From an uncultured Christensenella sp. (lineage in GTDB: Bacteria; Bacillota; Clostridia; Christensenellales; UBA3700), in assembly GCA_910577845.1 (NCBI GenBank), contig CAJTNA010000004.1, positions 15,280-79,279 of the forward strand: a stretch of 64,000 bases of DNA, read 5' to 3'. Below are positions 59,292-64,000 of the stretch, in pieces. The number at the start of each line of letters is the position of its first letter. Within the stretch, counting starts at the first letter, position 1. Under the pieces are notes generated by a model that saw nothing but the letters and a program-made list of their open reading frames with translations, made no database searches and was not told where the DNA came from. Made by a program: the position numbers and the translations under genes.

Positions 59292-61856
59292 ATGAAATTT
59301 TGTTTAAATGGTGAATGGCGTTTTAGGCAAGTTGAAAACAACGAGTGGTATAACGCAACGGTTCCAGGATGTAATTATCTTGATTTATTGGATAACAATT
59401 TGATTATCGACCCATTTTACGGTACTAATGAAAAGGACTTGTATTGGGTGAGTGAAAAAGATTGGGAATACACTAAAAAATTCACTTTAACAAAAGAGAT
59501 TTTAAGCTCTGAAAAAATTTATCTTGTATGCAAATGCTTGGATACAATCTGTGATATTTTTGTAAACGGCAATTTGGTTGGTAAAGGTGAGAATCATCAT
59601 CTTTGCTACAAGTTTGATGTTAAGCAGTATGTAAAGGCAGAAAATGAAATTAAAATTAGATTTTATTCTCCAGTTAAATATGTGCTTGAAAAGCAAAAGC
59701 AAGAGACTGCACCAGCAAACTGTAACGGCTTAAATGGTATTCCGCATATTCGTAAGCCACAATGCCATTTTGGTTGGGACTGGGGTCCGATTTTGACACC
59801 AAGTGGTATAAGTGGTGATATTTATGTGGAAGGCTTAAATGTTGCAAATTTAAACAATGTTTTAATTAATCAAACACACAATGATGGCAATGTAAAACTT
59901 TCAATTAATACAATAATTGATAATTACAATAAGTTTGGTGTTGAGTGTGAGGTAAAAGTTTACTCACCACAAGGCAAACTAATCTACGAAAACAAAAATG
60001 AATGCGTGGAAAAATTTGCTGTTGAGTTTGATATCGAAAACCCAGAACTTTGGTGGATAAAGGATATCTCTGGTACTAAAAAGCAACCTCTATACACTGT
60101 TGAGGTACAACTATTTAGTGATGGTAAAGTCATTGATGAAAAAACTCAAAAGATTGGTTTACGTACAATTAAAATTAATCAAGAACGTGACAAGTATGGC
60201 AAAAACTTCCAGTTCGTGTTAAACGGAGAGCCAATCTTTGCAAAAGGTGCTAACTGGATTCCGTCAGACACTTTTGTAAATAGAACAAGCAAAGAAAAAC
60301 TTGAGTATTACATAAAATCTGCTAGCGATTGCAACTTTAATATGATTAGAGTTTGGGGTGGTGGCTACTACGAAAGTGATGAGTTTTACGACTTGTGTGA
60401 CGAATATGGTATTATCGTATGGCAAGACTTTGCCTTTGCTTGTCAACCATATCCATTCTTTATAGATACTTTTAGGGACAATGTACTTAAAGAGGTGGAA
60501 TATCAAGTACTACGTTTACGCAACCACGCAAGTTTAGGTGTATGGTGCGGTAATAATGAAATTGAGCTTATGGCTATCGCTTGGAAATTGCGTACAGACT
60601 ATGTGGCGTGGACTGAAAAATTCTTTTGGGATATTTTGCCAGAGGCTGTTAATAGATTTGATAAAAATACACCTTACATCGCTGGTACACCAGTCGGCAT
60701 TGAACATAATGTTGGTTTTTCTAGTGACAATGTTGGTGATACGCACTTGTGGGCAGTATGGCACGGCTTGAAACCTATGACTTACTATCGCACTCGTATG
60801 ACAAGATTTTGTAGCGAGTTTGGCTTTGAGAGTTTGCCAGACATTAAAACTATCCAAACTTATGCAAAACCAGAAGATTACTCACTAACTAGCGAGGTGT
60901 TTACAAATCACCAAAAATGTGCAAGCGGTAATATGAAAATGGCTTTCTATATCGCATCACGTTTTAGATTGCCAAAGAAGTTTGAGGACTATATTTATTT
61001 GTCACAAATTTGTGAACAAGAATGTATAAGAGATGCTACAGAGCATTGGCGTAGACATAAGGGCAGATGTAATGGCTCACTATTCTGGCAGTATAACGAT
61101 TGTTGGCCAGTATGCTCTTGGTCAAGTGTGGACTATTATGGTAACTTTAAAGCGTTGCAATACACATCAAAACACTTCTTTGCACCAATTATGCTATCAA
61201 TTGAGGATACTAAAAAGCAACTAGATTTGTACTTAGTAAATGATAGCCTAAAGAGTGGCAAGTGCGAAATTGATTACAAATTGTGCGACTTTGAAGGTCA
61301 CATTGTTAAACATAGCCAAATTGAGTGCGAAATGATTGCTAATTCATCAGTACTTGTAAAGACAATTACTATGGATGAGTTAAAAAGCCAAGATATGCCA
61401 TACAATCTAAAAGATTATGTATTTGTAGCTGACTTGATTATAGATGGTGAAGTAGTATCTCACAAAACACTTTTGTTTAATAAGGAAAAGAATTTGAATT
61501 TGCCTATTGTTACAATTAATTCCGAAATAGTTGTTAATGACGGCAAAGCACAAATCACCTTGACTGCAGATAAATTCGCAAGACTTGTAAGATTACACTC
61601 AAAAACAATTACAGCACCTTTCAGTGATAACTATTTTGATATTTTGCCAAATGAGAAAAAGATTATTACTTGGGAGTGTGGAGATATGACAGCAGAGCAA
61701 ATAAAGGAGGACTTAGTTGTCTCAAGTGTTTGCGATGTTGAACCAAAAGGTTCAAAATTTAGTGATAATCTATTTAGAGCAAAAGTATTTATGATACCTA
61801 TTAACTTTGGCAACTGGATGTATTACAGCACTTTAAAAAAGACAATAAAAGTTTAA
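59292..61856 (+). CDS. GH2 family glycosidase, beta-mannosidase-like
   Basis: LNGEWRF, VPGCNYLDLL...DPFYGTNE, HFGWDWGP, WQDFAFAC and NEIE are typical of GH2 beta-mannosidases. ATG after GAGGTG. Confidence 0.85.
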   Translation: MKFCLNGEWRFRQVENNEWYNATVPGCNYLDLLDNNLIIDPFYGTNEKDLYWVSEKDWEYTKKFTLTKEILSSEKIYLVCKCLDTICDIFVNGNLVGKGENHHLCYKFDVKQYVKAENEIKIRFYSPVKYVLEKQKQETAPANCNGLNGIPHIRKPQCHFGWDWGPILTPSGISGDIYVEGLNVANLNNVLINQTHNDGNVKLSINTIIDNYNKFGVECEVKVYSPQGKLIYENKNECVEKFAVEFDIENPELWWIKDISGTKKQPLYTVEVQLFSDGKVIDEKTQKIGLRTIKINQERDKYGKNFQFVLNGEPIFAKGANWIPSDTFVNRTSKEKLEYYIKSASDCNFNMIRVWGGGYYESDEFYDLCDEYGIIVWQDFAFACQPYPFFIDTFRDNVLKEVEYQVLRLRNHASLGVWCGNNEIELMAIAWKLRTDYVAWTEKFFWDILPEAVNRFDKNTPYIAGTPVGIEHNVGFSSDNVGDTHLWAVWHGLKPMTYYRTRMTRFCSEFGFESLPDIKTIQTYAKPEDYSLTSEVFTNHQKCASGNMKMAFYIASRFRLPKKFEDYIYLSQICEQECIRDATEHWRRHKGRCNGSLFWQYNDCWPVCSWSSVDYYGNFKALQYTSKHFFAPIMLSIEDTKKQLDLYLVNDSLKSGKCEIDYKLCDFEGHIVKHSQIECEMIANSSVLVKTITMDELKSQDMPYNLKDYVFVADLIIDGEVVSHKTLLFNKEKNLNLPIVTINSEIVVNDGKAQITLTADKFARLVRLHSKTITAPFSDNYFDILPNEKKIITWECGDMTAEQIKEDLVVSSVCDVEPKGSKFSDNLFRAKVFMIPINFGNWMYYSTLKKTIKV

Positions 61857-61867
61857 AAGAGGTAATA

Positions 61868-62806
61868 ATGAATAAAGTTGTTTGTATTGGAGAGAGTTTA
61901 ATTGACTTTATGCCTACTGGTGAAGAGCTAACTTTTCAAGCCAAAGCTGGCGGTGCACCAAGCAATGTTTGTGCTTGTATAGCAAAGCTAGGTGGTGTAG
62001 GTTGCTATTTAGGCAAACTAAGCGAAGACATTTTTTCAAGATTTTTGCTTAAAAATATGCAAAAGTATGGCGTTAATACTGAGTATACAATTATAGATAA
62101 AAATTGTCAAACTGCACTTGCATTTGTGTCCCACGATGAAAACGGGGATAGGGAGTTTAATTTTTACCGCAAGCAAAGTTGTGACTTAATGCTAGACAAA
62201 TCTGAAATTCCATACGATATACTAAAAGAAGGTGACATTTTACACTTTTGTTCTGTAGGGCTAGTGGAGTCACCATCAAAGTATGCACATATTCGTAGTA
62301 TTGAGCTTGCCAAAGCTAATAATTGTATTGTGTCTTTTGATGTGAATGTTCGTGAAAGACTTTGGGATAATATCCAAAATTGCGTCAATACAATTAAGGA
62401 ATTTTTGGTTTATGCGGATATTGTCAAGGTTACAGACGAGGAACTTGTCTTGCTTACTGATATTGCAGACGAAAAGCAAGCTGTAAATAAAATTTTTGAC
62501 ATCGCAAAAAATAGCAAACTTTTGATTGTTACAAAAGGCGGTGCTGGTGCAATTGTTTATGATAGACAAGGTAAGAGCTACTTTAGCAAAGCTATTGATG
62601 TTAAAGTTGTGGATACCACTGGTGCGGGGGATTGCTTTATTGGTTGCATTTTGTACAAATTGATTATTGGTGAAGCAAAACTTACTATAAACGACATCAA
62701 AGAAGCTATGGATTTTGCGAGCTTGGGTTGTGGTGTAGTAATAGGCAAAAAAGGTGCAATTGAATCAATGCCGACATTAGACGATATTGCAAAATTAAAA
62801 GTATAA
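61868..62806 (+). CDS. PfkB-family sugar kinase (fructokinase-like)
   Basis: VVCIGESLIDF, GGAPSNV, and DTTGAGDCF. Confidence 0.85.
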   Translation: MNKVVCIGESLIDFMPTGEELTFQAKAGGAPSNVCACIAKLGGVGCYLGKLSEDIFSRFLLKNMQKYGVNTEYTIIDKNCQTALAFVSHDENGDREFNFYRKQSCDLMLDKSEIPYDILKEGDILHFCSVGLVESPSKYAHIRSIELAKANNCIVSFDVNVRERLWDNIQNCVNTIKEFLVYADIVKVTDEELVLLTDIADEKQAVNKIFDIAKNSKLLIVTKGGAGAIVYDRQGKSYFSKAIDVKVVDTTGAGDCFIGCILYKLIIGEAKLTINDIKEAMDFASLGCGVVIGKKGAIESMPTLDDIAKLKV

Positions 62807-62820
62807 TTGTGAGGTGTGTT

Positions 62821-63873
62821 ATGGATAAAAATAAACTTGCAAGTGAACCATTGTTTTTTGACTTAAACAGAGTTTTCAGAATTTACTTGGGTGGGTTGCA
62901 ATATGCGGAATTGCGAGGTGAAAAGGCTGAGGATACCTTGTTCCCTGAAGAATGGATTGCTAGTAAAGTAAAAGCAATCAATCCAAAATACTTTGGCAAG
63001 CGTGATGGCGTATCCGTTATCAAAGGTACAGATATTTTCTTTGACGACTTTTTGGAAGAACAAAAGGAACTTTTGCTTGGCAATAGAAAATATGACTGCT
63101 TAGTAAAATACTTGGATAGTGCAATAAGGCTACCAGTTCAAGTACACCCAACAAAAGATTTTTCTAAAAAATATTTTAATAGTGAGTATGGCAAAACTGA
63201 GGCGTGGCTTGTAATTGCAACACGACCAAATGCTAAAATCTATTTTGGATTTAATCAATATGTAGGTAAAGATAAATTGTCTAAGCTTGAGGAAGAGAGC
63301 TTGGAAAACAAAGATGTAATGCGTACTATATTGAATGGCGTTGATGCTCACGTGGGTGATATGTATCTAATACCTGGTGGACTTATTCACGCAATCGGTG
63401 AAGGTTGTACTATTGTAGAGGTTCAAGAACCAACTGACTTTACTATCCAACCAGAAAATTGGTGTGGTGATTACAAAATCAGCGAGGAAGAAAAATATAT
63501 CGGCTTAGACAAATCAACAGCTTTAGATTGTTTTGATTACAATTTAGTAGGCGAAAAAGCAATTAACCTTGCGAAAATCGTACCTAAAATTGCCATTAAT
63601 ACAAAAACTTATGTAAAAGAGCAGTTGATTACATATGATGATACAACTTGTTTTGCGGAAAATAGACACATATTAAAAGGTGGTAGTTTTGTAATGGACT
63701 ACGCTCCAAGTGTATATATCTGTTTAGAGGGTGAAGCTGTTATAAAAGGTGAAAACTACAACAAAAAAATTGGTAAGGGCGACTATTTCTTTTTGCCATA
63801 CATTGCAGAGGGCAAGTTTACAGTAGAGGGAAATGCTATATTGATTGAGTGCCTACCTAGCAAGCAAGATTAA
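62821..63873 (+). CDS. manA: class I mannose-6-phosphate isomerase
   Basis: QVHPTK, GKTEAWLVI, and GGLIHAIGEG. ATG at 62821, after GAGG. Confidence 0.85.
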   Translation: MDKNKLASEPLFFDLNRVFRIYLGGLQYAELRGEKAEDTLFPEEWIASKVKAINPKYFGKRDGVSVIKGTDIFFDDFLEEQKELLLGNRKYDCLVKYLDSAIRLPVQVHPTKDFSKKYFNSEYGKTEAWLVIATRPNAKIYFGFNQYVGKDKLSKLEEESLENKDVMRTILNGVDAHVGDMYLIPGGLIHAIGEGCTIVEVQEPTDFTIQPENWCGDYKISEEEKYIGLDKSTALDCFDYNLVGEKAINLAKIVPKIAINTKTYVKEQLITYDDTTCFAENRHILKGGSFVMDYAPSVYICLEGEAVIKGENYNKKIGKGDYFFLPYIAEGKFTVEGNAILIECLPSKQD

Positions 63874-63900
63874 TTTAATAAATATTAATGTAATAAATCA

Positions 63901-63927
63901 AAGCGACTTTTTGTCGCTTGTTTTTTT
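63901..63927 (+). terminator. intrinsic terminator of the sugar cluster
   Basis: Stem AAGCGAC/GTCGCTT with loop TTTTT, then GTTTTTTT. Confidence 0.8.
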
Positions 63928-64000
63928 GTACTAATTTTTTAATTTATAGATTTATTGATTGTTGACAATTTGATTTTGTTAAATTGTTTGAGCTTGGCAA

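Overview
AT-rich chromosomal segment that looks like Firmicutes/Clostridia. I call 60 protein-coding genes plus one pseudogene, almost all on the + strand. I saw no rRNA, tRNA, CRISPR array, transposase or recombinase. Most of the window is conserved housekeeping synteny: ctsR-mcsA-mcsB-clpC; hpf; rpsB-tsf-pyrH-frr, a gap, then uppS-cdsA-dxr-rseP-ispG; a PolC-derived gene; rimP-nusA-ylxR-ylxQ-infB-rbfA-nrnA-truB-ribF; pepP-efp; ruvC-ruvA-ruvB-queA-tgt-yajC; a compact shikimate operon aroE-aroK-aroQ-aroB::aroA-aroC-chorismate mutase; GTP-dependent PEPCK; and a sulfatase/GH2/fructokinase/manA sugar cluster. The accessory parts are a secreted beta-helix protein with a dockerin-like tail (2879-4687), several XRE-type regulators, and an ankyrin/TPR-like/ankyrin operon (42112-44926). 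The strongest observations are: (1) perfect 23-bp inverted repeats bracketing a 130-bp promoter-bearing segment just upstream of the beta-helix/dockerin gene, a candidate invertible phase switch captured in the OFF orientation; (2) a family of ~100-nt same-strand repeats flanking that gene, with shorter relatives in other long intergenic spacers; (3) a 505-aa protein at the canonical polC locus that appears to keep only the PolC N-terminal, OB and exonuclease modules; (4) an unusual 424-bp repeat-containing spacer between rimP and nusA, plus a terminator-like leader hairpin before rimP; (5) a dispersed over-represented motif AAAATCG(G/A)TA(C/T)TA; (6) an aroB-aroA gene fusion. All functional calls come from reading the supplied translations and the DNA by eye. 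No database search was run.
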